This document shows positions 1 to 14,369 of a stretch of DNA of 64,000 bases, one piece after another. Source of the stretch: Lingula anatina (Eukaryota; Animalia; Brachiopoda); contig CM120645.1 of NCBI GenBank assembly GCA_051362555.1, positions 10,788,001 through 10,852,000 of the forward strand, in the 5' to 3' direction. Within the stretch, counting starts at the first letter, position 1, and each line of letters starts with the position of its first letter. The notes beneath the pieces were generated by a model that made no database searches, was not told the DNA's origin, and saw only the letters and a program-made list of their open reading frames with translations. The position numbers and the translations under genes were made by a program.

Positions 1-472
1 TCAAGAGTCGGAGATCGACTGGAGATTTGTCATAACTGTGTCATATGCGAGAACGAGGCCGGGATCTGATTGGTTGTTTAGTAATGAGTTTTGATTAGCT
101 GTTCTCGTGGTGTATCTTGATCCTATCTGTTTAGATATAGTTTGTTTGGTTACATTTTCAGCAAGGTTTTTTAACCTAGGATCAAATTTATCAGTATCTT
201 AATTCTGTGCATGTGCTTATTTACACTGAGCTATCGTTTGCTTAGTTGGTCTTTACAGACATGCGTCGCTTTTAGTGTAAAGACCTTGATTGAGGGGAAC
301 ACCGACGCCAAAGAACACTGCAGTGTTGCGTGTTTCCCGTTGGTCCTAAATATGTGTCTTTTTTTTTTTTTTTTTTTTTTTTTTTGTGATTGGCTGATTG
401 TCAAGCCTTTGTCCGGTGTCTTATGTCTTGACGTGAACGGCTCAAGAGTCGGAGGTCAACTGGAGATTTGTA
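1..472. repeat. Direct repeat (~30 bp, tcaagagtcggag(a/g)tc(g/a)actggagatttgt) at 1-30 and 442-471; probably the end of a ~440-bp tandem unit or element running off the window
   Basis: Near-identical 30-mers seen at both positions; left context is outside the window. Confidence 0.55.
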
Positions 473-2950
473 TTTCAGTATAAAATTGATATCTTATGTA
501 GGTGCACATACATACATGTATAACGCGATGAGAGCTAAGCATAAAACCTCGACAACTAACGTCCATTTTTAAACGACAAAGAGAAAAAACGCCCTGCCAT
601 AGTTATTATCTGACAAATAGCTTTAAAAATATTATGCTATGGAAAATATTCATCCGTTTCTCTGAGAGCACAATGGGTAATGAAATGAAAATATTTAAAA
701 AAACAAATGAAAAGATTTATATAAATAACAGAATAAGAGAAAATATCTAGCAGTGGCGCAAGGACAATCCAACTCCAGTGTGCAACAGAGGAAGCCTGAC
801 AGTGTGATCAAACTATATGAAAGTACGGTGAATTTAAACAGTCTAATACATCTTTTATTTTAAAGATCTAGAGGAGGAGGGATCTTACAATAGCTGGCAA
901 TCTATTGTTGAACACGATGGCTATCATATCAAACTTAAACCACGCCTAAATAATTAGAGTAGTGATGCAAAATAATAATGGTGATTCAACGGTGACGATG
1001 GAGAATGTGACATTTAAAATATTAATAAAATAAGACTGATTTAAGGCAATTGTCCATATCAAATAGATCTTTTTAGAAATTGAGGCTACACGTCAGCTTG
1101 TTCTGTAAATTTTTTTTGAAAAAATAGTGTTGCTTTCTTTGTTACTTTTAATCTTTATTTTTTACACAGGTCGCGATGATGGAAATTTCGGTACGGAGCA
1201 TCTTTAAACTTCAAAACTTTTTGGCCATAAACTGTGCCTTGATGAAAGTGCTATTCGACGCTTTTTCCTTATTCCTCATTCATTATCATTCATAATTTAT
1301 AAATACTATCTGCAATAAGAATTTTGAGACAGGGTGAATTGTTGACCATGCTGATGCACGATGCTGATGCTTATGCGTGTTAATCATATTCAATTTTTGA
1401 CTACGGAACACTTCATATTGTGAAATAACTGATAACAAATAAAACTAGCAGTTTGCTAGCAACACGAAAAAAAATGATACGCTGCGCGTGCCAAGCTAGT
1501 GAACAAAAGGACAGTTCGCTACGGGAGTTTACAGTTTAGTGGCACGCGGTAGCACTGGTTCTAGCTATAATCATACCTTATGTTTGCCCACCCACTTCTA
1601 TTCACTGGAAAGTGATTAAAACATTTCATACGTCTTTTAACTGGTATACAACGGAAACATAATTACGACTAGGGCTGTACCTTCTGAGGTACCAATTATA
1701 TGGTACACATGGATGAAAACTCATCACTGGTAAAGCGAGCAATAAATCGAAAAACACGTTGAACTAACGGGTCCCCCCATGTCACATACAGGGTAGAGCG
1801 CTGTTTACACAGGTGTTGCTATACTTATGCCACCCCTATGTAAATGGTACATTTAAATGCAAATAGTTATTGATACACATAATTTTTGTGTTTTCGTTTT
1901 CAAGTAATGATTGTGCAGACTGGCTTTCTTCTCGCCGTACCAAGCGACACCACACCAAAAACAGCACGAAAATCGTTAGTACTCTTATTGACGGTTCTGA
2001 TATGCACTAGCTGTGCTAACGCATGAAAGCAACGGTCTCAAAAGTGGGAAGTGCCGAACCGGCAGCTTTCAAGTTTTTATTTTACATCTCATCTGCTCAA
2101 CTTGCACATGCCTGTGAACAGAGCTGCTACTTTGTTGATATCCAATTGTCTATCTACCAGTTTTCTTGCTACTTATCTAGTTTAAGTTTTTAAAGAAATG
2201 ACGTAATTGAATGCTGTTCATACTACGAAGTAGTAAGTGTCACTTCATTTTGCAAGATACAAATCGCCAATGCGAGTGTATTTTATTATAAGCTTCAAAA
2301 TCAGTGTACCCAACAACATAGACATGCGTAAGATTTTATTTCGGTAACGCGATACTTGGTTAATAAACACCTACTTAGTTATGCAAAATGAATGTATGGT
2401 TATGTAAAAAATGTAAAGCGCAGTTTCCGTTTATGTGTTTCAATGACAACAATAACGTTTTCAGGCAGAGGTCAGAGATGACTAGTTCTGGTTATCTAAT
2501 GGGGTTTTCCCTGAGTATAAGCACTGCATTTACTGAGCAAGCGTGGTAAGCATTTTTAATTTGTTAGAAACAGTTAACAGTAAAGGGAAAAAGTATTAAA
2601 GACCACTACATACATAACATATTATAACATCACTGCTGTATACGTATACTGGAGTACTCGAGATATCATGAAGTTTACAATCTGGTTGCACCTTAATGGA
2701 ATTTTGCTCCCTTTGCGCTTTCATTTAAAATCAGAAGTCGTTGGTAGCATTTTCGACATAAATATATTGCAAAACTAGGTCCTGGAGTCTTCAAATGAAT
2801 AACATCTCTTTCTGTGTGCTGTAGCAGAACTGACATCTAATCCCTCCAACTGTTAATCACTGTACATAATGGATCTGATGCAATTTGGGAAACATTCCTC
2901 ATTTGGAATTTCAGTTAATCGCTTAAAGTGGGTGATATTTTTCACATGGT

Positions 2951-3983
2951 CTAGTTATCACGGTTAGAAATAACGTGGACGACGTTAGGTTTGCATCCTT
3001 TCCTGAAAGGCAAAATGACATGTTCATCTGGCTTATTTCAATACTAAATGGCAAATTATATCTGTAATGTATTAACAAATGTTTATTTAGTAATAATATG
3101 GAAGTCAAAATGAGTGTTACTTTTTGAAAATTAATTGAACCCCTTGTCAAAAACAAACAAAACTAATAAAAAAGAACTTTCATACTAGTTTAGTTTTCTA
3201 GTCATATAATAACTACACTACATCACAGAATGAAAAACCAGATGTTATTATGAATGCAAAACAAAGTAAAAAAATAAAACTGCTGGTATGAAATGCAGTG
3301 GAATTGAAAACCAACACATCTAAAAGGACAAGGAAATAATGAACATACCATTTGATGAACAAAACCATTCCCAGTGTTACAATTACTACAACAGCTATGA
3401 CTCCTGCTGTGCCCCCGCCTACGGCAGAGGCCAACTTTCTTGCCTCTTCTTCTTTAGCCTTTTGGCTGGACTGACCGGCAGTGGCAGGGGAAGTGACATT
3501 GTTCGGCATTGTGGACGGATGTGTTCCTGATTGCTCATTTAAGGTGACCGACTGCGACGGGACATATTCGAGTGACTCTGGGCTTGCAGATGGCTGAATA
3601 GATTGGTATGTCATGAATTCTGAAGGCGGTGGTGTCATCTGAGACATGGTATACGTTGACAGCGAATTGGATTTCGTCACAAAGATCCGTGGTAAATAAG
3701 AAGCTGAATAAGGTTGTGTCGACTGAAGAGAGCCGAAAGCGCCAGTTACTGAAGACGGTTGCCCACTTTGGATTGAGATATAGCTTGAGGCATCGACGGT
3801 TGGTGGTGCTGAAACCTGCTGTTCAGTTTGTGACGGAGTGAATGAACTTGCCTTTGTTGATAGAGCCGTCTCAAAACCCGTCACCAGGTGCGGAAGCGTC
3901 ACTTGGGTAACAGAAGTGGATACCAATAAAGCAGTTGGTTGAACGCTATTCACTAAAACTGCAAAAACCAAGTGATTGTTTTT

Positions 3984-4017
<34 letters not shown>

Positions 4018-5089
4018 TAACTTTAAGCACTTGAAATGTATTTTTATGTGATTTACAAGTGCACTTTGAGTAAAACAAACAGTTCTCAACAGGCTTGTTC
4101 ATTAAAGGACAATGTTCATGTAAAAATCCATTTCTCGAATTCTGAAGATACAGCACTCAATCTATACACAAGAGGTATGTTTTAATCGATCCCCGCCATT
4201 TAAAAATTATAAAAGCAATCTATTAGTAGAAAAAAAAGCGTTTTAGTAAACCTCACCGCAATATGCAAAAATGAAGCAACAGATCTGGGTCACGTGGTAC
4301 TGTGACGACAATCACGATAAAGGTCTATAAGACCCAACTGAGCTGCATGGTGCTTACAGACGGAGAAGTTAAGGAAAGTTGTGTTGAACGGAGTTGAGGA
4401 ATTTGCGTTATGCCTCGGTGGGTTGCCGTGGGATTCACCAAAATTGCAGCTCTCGTTGACAATCTTTCTTTGTCTGTGACGGTCTTCTGTGACTTACTTA
4501 TTAACTTTGGTGACAATAGTTGCGATGCTCTAGATCATGGTCACCTCAGGTGGTTTAGATCATATCAAGAGCTGGTAGTCTTTCAGATTAACTGTCATCA
4601 GTTGGCAAACTTACTGATTGCTGATGCATTTTAAATGCATTGTAGTTGACCAAAAGCTCGTTTACAACAAACCTGTTAATTATGCACCGCTGCAATTCCC
4701 AAGCCAGGTAATAACAGGTATGAAACTCGTCTTGGTGGGCTTTCATATTTTTCAATATATCTCATTTATTTCATGGGGTTATTTTATTGGTATTTGTAAA
4801 TGACGTTAAATATCAATACTTAAACAATTAAGTTCAAACACGGTCGCGAACATTAATAAAAGAAATTGCTCTCAGGGTATCTTAAAGCTTCCGTGAAAGA
4901 AAACGTGTTGAGGAAAAACAGGAAAAAGAGCGTTATATTAAAGAAAAAATGGGAACTGCTATAATAAAATGGTTCGTTATCCTAATTCGTTTATGCTTTG
5001 AAGATTTGTTTCTGAAGATTATTTCATCTGAAATATTAAATAATTTAAAAGATTGATTATTTTATAACTTGAAATTCTGCGTCAGTACG

Positions 5090-5126
<37 letters not shown>

Positions 5127-7031
5127 AAATTTGTAAGCTTATAACACCGTGCTATAAAGATCTACTCAAGAAAAAAATTTGCTTGGGTAAAATTGAGTAC
5201 GGAATGAACTGGAGACACTTGGCTTGTCATTAAGTTTACACGAAAATATGTCAGGTAACTTTATACTGTCTTTGAAAGAGTAAAGATTGAAAGATAATTT
5301 TAGACAAACTTTGACGGGGGAAATACCTACAAAGAGTAATGGGCTATTTCGCCAACATCTTGTTGAAAATTTTACACTGCAATTCTATTCAAATAAGCTA
5401 AGGAACTAATTGCCAAATTAATACTCTCATCACATAACAGGGGGGTAACCAGACCTGCAAAAATTGTACGCACATATTTAAAAAGATTACAAGCACATAC
5501 AGCAAAATGTAGACTTACGCAAAACATGAAGGACAGCGTAATCACAGCAAATGTACCTCATATAGTAGCTTAATTTCCATTAATAATAAAATCATCATTT
5601 AAGTCAAAAATATTCTTGCGATTTAATAACTATTTTAATTTACCCAGAACGGTATATTTATTTTAAAGGCGGTTAACTGAAATATAGTTTTATGATTTGT
5701 TTGTGAAAATTGCCCATGTCACCCTGTTAGTTTGGAGGTCTAAGCTGGATCAAGTCCGTGTTAAAATTCCTATGAAGTTGTGCAGGAAAAATTCTTCCTT
5801 TCTTTCTCTAGCTTTCGATAAACCTGGTAGTCAGATTTTATCTAGTACCCCCAGGTCTACGGGAGCTGCGCTTTGTAACTAACGCACAGGTAGATTTTTA
5901 CCTGAGATAACTGGAGTAAAGCTTAGGTAGAGAGTGCGTTCGATACAAGCAAGACAAATTGAATGCCATTTAACCCTCTAATTAAGAGGTAAAGGAAGTT
6001 CCAGTTAGATGGATGATTAAGATAGGACTTGTAAAGGTAACGGGCATTGTTTACCTCAGTTTAATAAAAGTATGCAAGACGGAGTGTCAGCGGTTTAATA
6101 AAATAAATTGAATTTCACAAATAACATGGACCTCATATGCAATAATCAACATTTCCCTTAACCCATTCAAATGCAGTGTTTTATACAACTTGGGATAACC
6201 ATAATGAAATGCTTGTTAAAGAAATGACTAGACGGGAAATGGTTTTACACAGCTTCACGAGGATTTAGACCCCTCGGGTAAGAGATTTGAATGAGTATAA
6301 ACTTTTATCAGAAGCCAGAGAAGTCATCTTACAGGTAGACAATGCAGCTCAGTTTGACAGCTAAGCACGCTCTGTTCTCCAGTGGCTCGATTGTCGTCAT
6401 TGGACCACGTGACCACGTAGCTCATTAACTCCCAGGCCGAGCAAATAGGACGTTTTTTAAAGCCAAAAATTTACAAAATTAGCTTTTAATTTGTGTATTT
6501 GGATAAAGATATCGTTAGTTGGGCATGTTTTCTGAAGAATATGTTCCGTTCAGGCCATTCTGACGGCATGAAGCAAACCCTTTAACATTCAAGAGTTCTC
6601 TCCAACATTATTAAGACAGGCAATTTTTAATAAAGGGGGGTCACTCCTGCAAGACCGAGCGCTTAAGTGTACGAAGAGAGAGAGAGAGAGAGAGAGGTGC
6701 CACTCACCTGGCGTTATCACAAGTCTAAATCCAGATCTAACAACAGAATAATCACTGTGAAAATGAATGTCAATTGGACTGATCAGACTGTAATAAATAC
6801 CACTGGCTGGCGTACTTCCACAATGTTTTATGGACTCTCCAGTATAACTCGTTAGCTGTAGAAAGTCATAAGGACAGTCGGCGGCTCCCTCTATGTCTAA
6901 AAATTCAAACGTATACTCCAGAACCTGAAATCAAGGACGTAAAGCTTAGCAGTTGGCAAAAAAAGTCGAAATTCACTTTGCAAATGCGCAAATCAGCTTT
7001 ACTCACACTAACAGTCGATCATTGCTATATC

Positions 7032-7075
<44 letters not shown>

Positions 7076-10000
7076 ATTGTATTAAACTGCTTGTTGCAAT
7101 TTTATAGCAAAATAAAAAGTCACCACAAAGCAGGGAGCAATCACTGCTTAAAAATAATGACGTTGATACATACATTCTTCAGCAGAATTGTGACTTGGAA
7201 AAAACATGCGTTCCCACAAATAATGCTTATCTCAGTAACACGTGCAGAAGAAAAAAATCAAACACATAACCTGCCGTGCCCGATTGTGCTTACTATACAG
7301 GAACCATATGGTACCAATTTTTCTATTTTTTTTCTGTGCTATTTATAACTGTAAAGACCATACCTCTCCGTTTGGGGCGTGTACTTGCCAGTGGCAGTGC
7401 ACGTCGTTAGAATACGATCCATTCCCAGGCCAGGGGTCTATGATCACCGGGGCGGTCAGCACAGTGGGGTTCGAAGCTGGTGGGCAGACTTGTCCTTGGG
7501 ATTCTAGAGTAGCAAATCGATAGAAAAATCCAACACAAAATGGTTCTTTAAAAAGTTCCCCCAGACTGGTTGTATTAAACGTATTTATTGCCGTTTAATA
7601 TGTCAACGATGACTTGTCCTAGAAGGAAAGTCACTTGGGACTTGGACATGATAACGAAGGGACTTGAAACGTAACGTCTTCCTTTAAAGGCATGTTTGTT
7701 CGGGTAAACAGTCGCCCATGGTCTTAGATAAGCGATTTTGATAGCTCTACGGGACCCTGAACTATTTGTTATCATGCAAGGTCGCGAGCGCTGTGCCTCA
7801 ATTTCTGTTGTTTCTTTGCATTGATAACGCAATTTCCCGCGGTCCCTCGTGATTGCTTGTATCAACACGTGGAAATATGTTTTGGGTTCTCAGTTATTTT
7901 TTTCATATTACCTCATAAAACGGGTCGACATTATGTCCAAGGTTTTAGCAAGGACCTAATATGTCCATATGCATTCTTTCAAACACTCCTGCGATTGGTA
8001 ACGGGTTCAAAGTTGCTGGAGCATCTCTAAGCAATTGTTTAAACAGGGTGCACGTATTATTTGAGAGATTGTAAAACACACAGGGAACATGAATCACCTG
8101 TTCATGCAAACAGATTGAAAATGTATTATGGCCCTTAAGATTACATTAAATACAAAAGGCTGAATGAAAGTTATTACAGTACTTTTATTTGCCAACGCAA
8201 GTTTCCAAAATTGGAAGCAACGATTTATTTAGTAAACCCATAAGTTCGAAATAGAGTGTTCTCCAATTATTTCAACATAATTTCTCCCATTTGCTTGCCA
8301 AAGATTCAGTTGATCATTTGAGCTTACAAAAATGGCTCAAACAGCAAGAATCCAGGAACTGATCTATTCCTCTATGACAGATGCTATTCTAGCAGACGTA
8401 ATATTTCCTACAGATGTTTCATCTCAAATACTGGTTTGGGTTTCAGTAGGGTTGTCGGGCTTATTTTTTGTGATAATAATTGGCCTAGGAATCAAGGTCA
8501 GGCAATTGGCATTAATATTGGCTTTGCTGGAAAAGGCACGTGGAAACGATATAGTTCCTACTATGCCGTATTGGTTATTACATACAGCAACAAAAACAAA
8601 TAATAAGCCGAAGGACCTGGTTATCACGGATTCAATTCTATTTCCTGTTTTAATAATGCAAATTGTAATTGCCATTATCTTTTTGATTTTCATTGTGGGA
8701 CATATCAAGAGAAACAATTTTAAATCTAAGACCCCATTCCTATACATATTTAGATCGATCTATCCCCTGGGAAGTCTCACTAGATTGGTGTCAGCTTAAC
8801 CAGCTTAAATGTCTGTCCCGCCTACTAAAAGCTGTGAGGGGTAATTAAATGTCGTGCGCGCTCGGCTGACAGCAATTTAGCGTGAACCCCCAGGGAGTTA
8901 GGTCGATCCAGATGGGAATGCACTCTAAGTGAAATACTCTGGTTTTAGAGATTTCCAACAATGAACAATGTATTTCAATTCCTATCAGAAAGCTGTCACT
9001 TTGTCCAAAGTACTTGGTTTTTCAAAGTCACCAATCGTACTTTGATATTTCAAAGGTTGAAGGTACCTACAGTCCACACCTAACAATTATTAGATTGGTA
9101 TTGTCTGCAAATTACAGATATTATAACTAACGAAATCATTAATTTGGAACGAGCTATGCCATTGTCAGTGTCCACCGCTTTTAAACTCAGAAAATTACTC
9201 AAGAGTGAACAATATACATTATTGCGCTTTAAACATGCAAATACACTTTTCAATATTCAGTTCGAACCATTTGATCACAATGCAGATTAATTTTTATCCA
9301 AGCTGAATTTGACTTGACTTGCTACATGTGTCTATAATTAAGAAAGAGCATTGATCTTTGTGAGCGGACTTACAATGTTTATATTTAGTGTTTTATTTTC
9401 GACAGTTATGATTTTGTCAATATGTATATTATCGGTTTTTTATTTGATTTGATTTTGCAGAATCTGACAAACTTGTGCATCACATTTACATTGATGACAG
9501 AACTGTAACCTTGTCATTTAAGCTTTTTGAGAATTTACGTTAACATTCTGTATATATAAATGACTTGTACTTCAAACAACAAAGAGAACCGAAGTTTTCT
9601 TCTGATTTGATAAACGAATCGATTTTGTTCGTATTTTGTGGAAGGTTTGATTACCTAGACGAGAAGTTGCACTTTATGAAGTTAATTGGTTGTGCTCATT
9701 ATTTGTTGATATCTGAAGATTATATGGAATGTATGTTGCATCATATATTATGCATGGAGTGTTACTAAAGCCTCGGTCACAACCGGCCGTAAGGGCTCTC
9801 ACGGCCTGTTCTTCTTACGAAATTTGGAGTTCGCAGACAGCCTGTAAGCACGTACGGAGGATGTTGGACATACGTCCAAAAGAAAAAAGGAGCGTACTTT
9901 GTAAAGTTGTAGAATTCGGGGACGACTTCTGTTGAAGAAGGGGTGTATGTTATAAAGCGAATGACTTACACTTTCACTAATTACAGATAACAATTAAAAA

Positions 10001-11838
10001 CGGAAACAAATGTGCAAAAGGATAGACAATTATTGAGTGTAAGGGTGTATTCCCAGAGATTTAGATCGATCCAGGGATTAAAATTTAGATCGACCTAACT
10101 TCCTGGGGGCTCAAGCTAAATTGCAGTCAGCCGAGCGCGCACCATAGTTAATTACCCCCTTACAGCTTTTAGTAGGCGGGACAGACGCTTAAGCCGGCCA
10201 AGCTGACAGTAATCTAGTGAGACTCCCCACAGGGATAGATCGATCTAAAAATCTATGGAAATGGAGTGTAAGTTAAATGTCTTTAAGAGTCAACAAGTGT
10301 AGAAATTGCTCTCGTAGTAGGAAAAGATGGAACATGTCAAAGTCACATATAGTTCAATTTGATTGATTAAGTTTTCAATAGATTGGTAAGTTTCTGACAC
10401 GTGTAAAACGTATGCAAACTCAAGATGGATAAGGTCAAAGCAGGAGTAATTCAAATAATATTTTGAATATGTTTAATTGAAAACATGTCTGTTAGAAATT
10501 GCCTAATAAGAGAATGGAAAATCCCTTGTAATCATGAAAAGACAATAGAAAGAAAACAAGTAAATGCATGATCAGTACGGAGAAAAATTATAAATACTTG
10601 TGAAATTGTATGAAAAGGAGTCGGCGAATAACGATCGTCGTCCTTTCCTCACTATAACACGATGTATGTAATTTTCCGCGTTTGTTGAAACAGCGTCTAA
10701 ACTATAATTCAAAGATTTACAGAGGGTTTTTGCATATTTTCTAGTTGTTCTTCCATGCAGTTAACATGGGTTCAGATTCTATCTAAGTGTCAGGATATAT
10801 TTTATATGATTTAGTGTTTACCGTCAAAGTATTGCAAACTTTTACATATAATGGAATGACGCGTAAAATTATTGATAGTGGTTTATCTGATCAAAATCAT
10901 ACCTCAACCAGAATAAAATAGCTTTTAATTTCGATGTACCCTCTTTTTTACCTACTTTAGTTAACCTACCCCAGATCCTTGTTTGAGCGTCTAAAACATT
11001 TTAATTTTGATGGGTGTTGCTCTAGTCTTCATCAGCAATACATGCTCTTTCCCTTTAGACAAGGCAGATCTGCCTTCGAAGACACGCTTTAACTGATCAA
11101 GAAAACTTCCAAGGAATCGTTGAAGATTATGGAATTGCACGTAAAATTATCGATCGCGGTTAATCTGTTTATCATACTTCAACCTGAATAAAAATGCTTT
11201 TAATTTCGATGTGAAAAAGTATTGACCATGTGTTTATATCGTTATACCCTTGCAATTACTTTTTGAAAGTTGACTAGCAATGCCGATCGAAAGAAAAATC
11301 AATATATCGACATTAGAAAATTACGAAAAAAATATACTTGAGAAGAAAAAGGTCATTTTAATTTCTAAAATTCAAGGGAATTTCTAGAAACACGTACCTC
11401 TGATGACAGATTAAAAATAACATTCATCAAAAATGCCAAAATTTCACTGCATGATAACAGCACGTGTTTGTTTTATTTCGTGGAAACGAATATACAAATA
11501 ATATCTACCAGCAAGTCAATAGCATATGGCTGCCCGAAGGCAATTAAAAGAACCCCTTGAACAAGCAACTCTTACACCACAAACACCTGCTGTTGAAGAT
11601 TAGTGGAGAGCAAACGCTGGTGATTCACCTTGTTATTAAAATATGGTTTGATATACATATTTATATGGGAAACTTAATGTATACATAAACAGACGGAATA
11701 ATAGTACTTACATCTGACTTTAATTGAAACACAAATGTTAATTAAAGTACCCCTACCTGTCATGAGAAAGACAACGGCTACATATTGCACTGCAAATAAG
11801 GCCTTGCTGCAAATGAAACGGCTCCCTGTAACATCCAT
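2951..11838 (-). CDS. CUB-domain / Ser-Thr-rich mucin stalk / single-pass TM protein (copy A, ~366 aa, 5 coding exons)
   Basis: Exons 11838-11757 (MDVTGSRFICSKALFAVQYVAVVFLMT, signal-like), 7503-7364 (ESQGQVCPPASNP...YSNDVHCHWQVHAPNGE), 6924-6708 (VLEYTFEFLDIEGAADCPYDFL...HFHSDYSVVRSGFRLVITP), 3958-3349 (S/T/P-rich stalk then TM AVGGGTAGVIAVVVIVTLGMVLFI), 3002-2951 (tail KGCKPNVVHVISNRDN*). All GT-AG and phase-compatible; 1101 nt with no internal stop. CxW, CxYD and FHSD motifs are typical of CUB. Confidence 0.85.
4255..4620 (-). pseudogene. Possible decayed mucin/TM-like exon in intron 3 of CUB copy A
   Basis: S/T-rich ORF 4325-4516 followed, past a stop, by hydrophobic FIVIVVTV and a cg|gtgagg donor at ~4255. 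Weak. Confidence 0.25.
8230..9290 (+). mobile_element. Relic of the C-terminal part of an env-like ORF of a Gypsy-type LTR retrotransposon
   Basis: ...HNFSHLLAKDSVDHLSLQK/MAQTARIQELIYSSMTDAIL, two hydrophobic segments, then (after removing the MITE at 8730-8925) NTLVLEISNNEQCISIPIRKLSLCPKY...IDW...TAFKLRKLL. This matches my recollection of the env-like ORF C-termini of invertebrate Gypsy elements. A purine tract and TG follow downstream. Confidence 0.6.
8730..8925. mobile_element. PIF/Harbinger-type MITE (copy 1)
   Basis: Imperfect TIRs gaccccattcc.../...gggaatgcactc flanked by a TAA duplication; other copies at 10043-10268 and 16002-16215. Confidence 0.8.
9934..10500 (+). mobile_element. 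Polypurine tract and probable start of 3' LTR of the Gypsy-like relic
   Basis: gaagaaggggtgta directly followed by TGTTATAAAG at 9948, downstream of the env-like ORF; the right LTR boundary cannot be fixed. Confidence 0.45.
10043..10268. mobile_element. PIF/Harbinger-type MITE (copy 2, opposite orientation)
   Basis: Reverse-complement homolog of 8730-8925 with a TAA target duplication on both sides. Confidence 0.8.
10640..11215. repeat. Local duplications: 10640-10740 resembles 11880-11960 (5' flank of CUB exon 1); 10850-10937 resembles 11129-11212
   Basis: Directly visible diverged direct repeats (aactataattcaaaga; gcttttaatttcgatgt). Confidence 0.6.
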
Positions 11839-12590
11839 GTTTGCATGGTGTTACGCTGGGTTTGAAACTATACTGCCGAATCAACACTATATGTAATTTT
11901 TCGTGTTTGTAGAAACAGGATATAAACACTATAATTCAAAGAATTATAGAAGTTGTTGCATGACATGTTCATTATTCATAGCCGTTTATCCCTGTTCATG
12001 TAGATAGCAGTAACGGCAAAACAATGATAACTATATCTGTTAATCTTGCCACAAACCACATTAAAAACACATACCTCGAGTGACTTCCCAATTCAATCAC
12101 CTGTCTAAATGATCAACATATACCATCCATAAGTAATTTATTCGCGTTTTCATTTAATCAACTAAAAACATAGCAACAGTAAACTTGTTTTGATGCCCCG
12201 TACGTCCTGATTTATTTTGCAACATAAAATATCAACTGATTTATTTACTTTGTTTTTGTGTTAATTTATTTGTTTGTGGACCATCGCCTACATTTGTTTG
12301 TTTTTACATATATTTTTTCATTCATATATAACACTATACATACTCAGGGAAGTCCCTTACAATAAATGTAAAATCAATCTTATTTTGAAGAAACTCCGAG
12401 GATTTAACTCTTCATACATTCAATCAACAGAAAATTTCCAATATAATTTCTCAAAACGGAACCAGAAAGCAAATGAAATAAAGCTAACCAGACGGAAAAC
12501 ACTGGCAGTCTGTGTTCATTATAGCAGGATTGTTAAGGCCCAAATGTAGGCGATGGTACACAAACAAATAATCATGTAGATAGCAGTGAC

Positions 12591-12632
<42 letters not shown>

Positions 12633-13518
12633 AAAATACGTGCTACCTGCAGATATAGTCATTTGGATCCTATTGGCCGTTTTATGAAGATGGCAGTCAA
12701 AATGTGACCATTTCTTTGCAATTACCCATGTTTTTTTTTTAACTTAGAATATCATTCATGTTAAAATTATAAATTCAGGAAAAATGGATCTTTTAAAGTT
12801 TGTCCTGTCGTTTTGAAGTATTTAAAATTTTGTCTCCTAGGAAATATGACCATGCCATGCAACAACCTTCTGTACATCTTTGAATTATTAAGTGTTATCT
12901 TTTTATTGCTTGCTAATGAGACTCCCTCTCTCCCGATTCTCTCTCTGCATATAGTTACTAAACCTGTTCGTCCAAAGTACGCAACGCTTGGGTGTGGCAG
13001 AGAGGTGTTTAATTTGCAGTAAGGCCTTCTTCCCAGTGCAATATCTAGTGGTTTTCTTTTAAATAACAAGTATATAAATTTCAATGAAAACAGGTGTTTA
13101 ATTAAATTTGGATGTCATTATTTTGAGTGTTGATATGATGTATCCAGTTTCTTGAATCAAAGCTAAAGGAGATTATTTTCATAAAAAAAAATGACTGGCG
13201 TGTGCAACTAAATCCCTGAAAGATGTTTCCTGATTCATTTTACAACTGTCGCCCTCCTTTTTTCTCATCGCAACAGTCATGTGTTAACGGTTGAGAGGTT
13301 ACTGTTTATCGATCGATTCCCGGCAGACATATGCAATTAGTTCGCTGGCATTGATATACTAAGTGTACGGAATATAATACATGTACATCCGTGCCTTTAA
13401 ATTAAAAGAAACCCAGCAAAACACTTATCATTTATGAACTGAGAAATAAATGATGTTATTTAAACAACCATTTCATTTCATTTTGTGTTTAAATTGTTTT
13501 TATCGAATTCTGCTCCTG

Positions 13519-14327
13519 AATCCCAAGGAGAGATCTGCCCACCAGCTTGGAACCCCTCTGTGCTGACCGCCCCGGTGACCATAGACTCTTGGCCTGGAGA
13601 TGACACGTACATGTATTCTAACAACTTGGACTGTCACTGGCAAGTGAACGCCTTAGACGGAGAGGTATGGTCTTTATAGTTATAAATAGAAAAACGCAAA
13701 TAGGTACCACATGGTCCCTGTGTATCAATGAATAATGGTAGTTATTTATTATGCTTTTTACGTGTGTTTTTGTTTCTGCAAGTGTCACTGGGATGTGCAA
13801 GTGTGACTAGATATCGTCATTACTTGACAGCGGCGATATTACACCCTTATGTCTATATGTCACAGTAGAATACAGAATACATTTTTTGGTGTCTTTTTTG
13901 CTACAAAATTGTAACAGTATAATATAGTACAATCAGTAGTATAGTACAATATATATAAATATATATATATATAGAGAGAGAGGGGGGGGGAAGAGAGAGA
14001 ACAATGGTTGATTGTTGATATCTGAGGCTCTTGTTGTACCCCAGTATGCCCCTACTTGATCGGCAAACTGATTATCGACTCTTAAACATGCTGCTAAGCT
14101 TAGCGTCCTTGATTTTAGGTTCTGAGTTACTCGATCGAATCTTTAGACATAGAAGTTCACGAAGTACGCTCACTTTGCAATTCTGACTTTCTAAAACTAA
14201 GCAGTTATTCTTGAGAGTTGAGAATGTTTTGTGGAAGTACGAAAGCCCATGGTACCTTTCACAGTCCAATTTACATTCATTTCCATAGTAATTCTATTGA
14301 TGGTGGTTCTGGATGTGATAACGCCAG
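13519..14327 (+). pseudogene. CUB-family pseudogene (copy C), exons 2 and 3 only, inverted relative to A and B
   Basis: Exon 2 homolog 13519-13664 (ESQGEICPPAWNP...LDCHWQVNALDGE|gtatgg) with acceptor AG changed to TG; exon 3 homolog 14119-14327 with in-frame TGA at ~14212 and a frameshift. Confidence 0.85.
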
Positions 14328-14337
14328 GTGAGTGGCA

Positions 14338-14369
<32 letters not shown>

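Larger units (their letters stand above)
7458..9464 (+). repeat. Left arm of ~2 kb inverted duplication
   Basis: Reverse complement found at 15141-17294 plus 20697-20888. The 69-aa ORFs at 7821-8030 and 16915-17124 are identical; ORFs 8332-8799 and 16200-16613 are near-identical. Confidence 0.95.

Noticed and set aside
7575-8030. Identical ORFs shared with 16915-17325 as a conserved gene
   Set aside because: Identity reflects the recent inverted duplication; non-ATG starts and no motifs.
8332-8799. Stand-alone novel two-TM protein gene duplicated at 16200-16613
   Set aside because: Its end is created by a MITE insertion and its start follows a frameshifted upstream continuation; better explained as a retroelement env relic.
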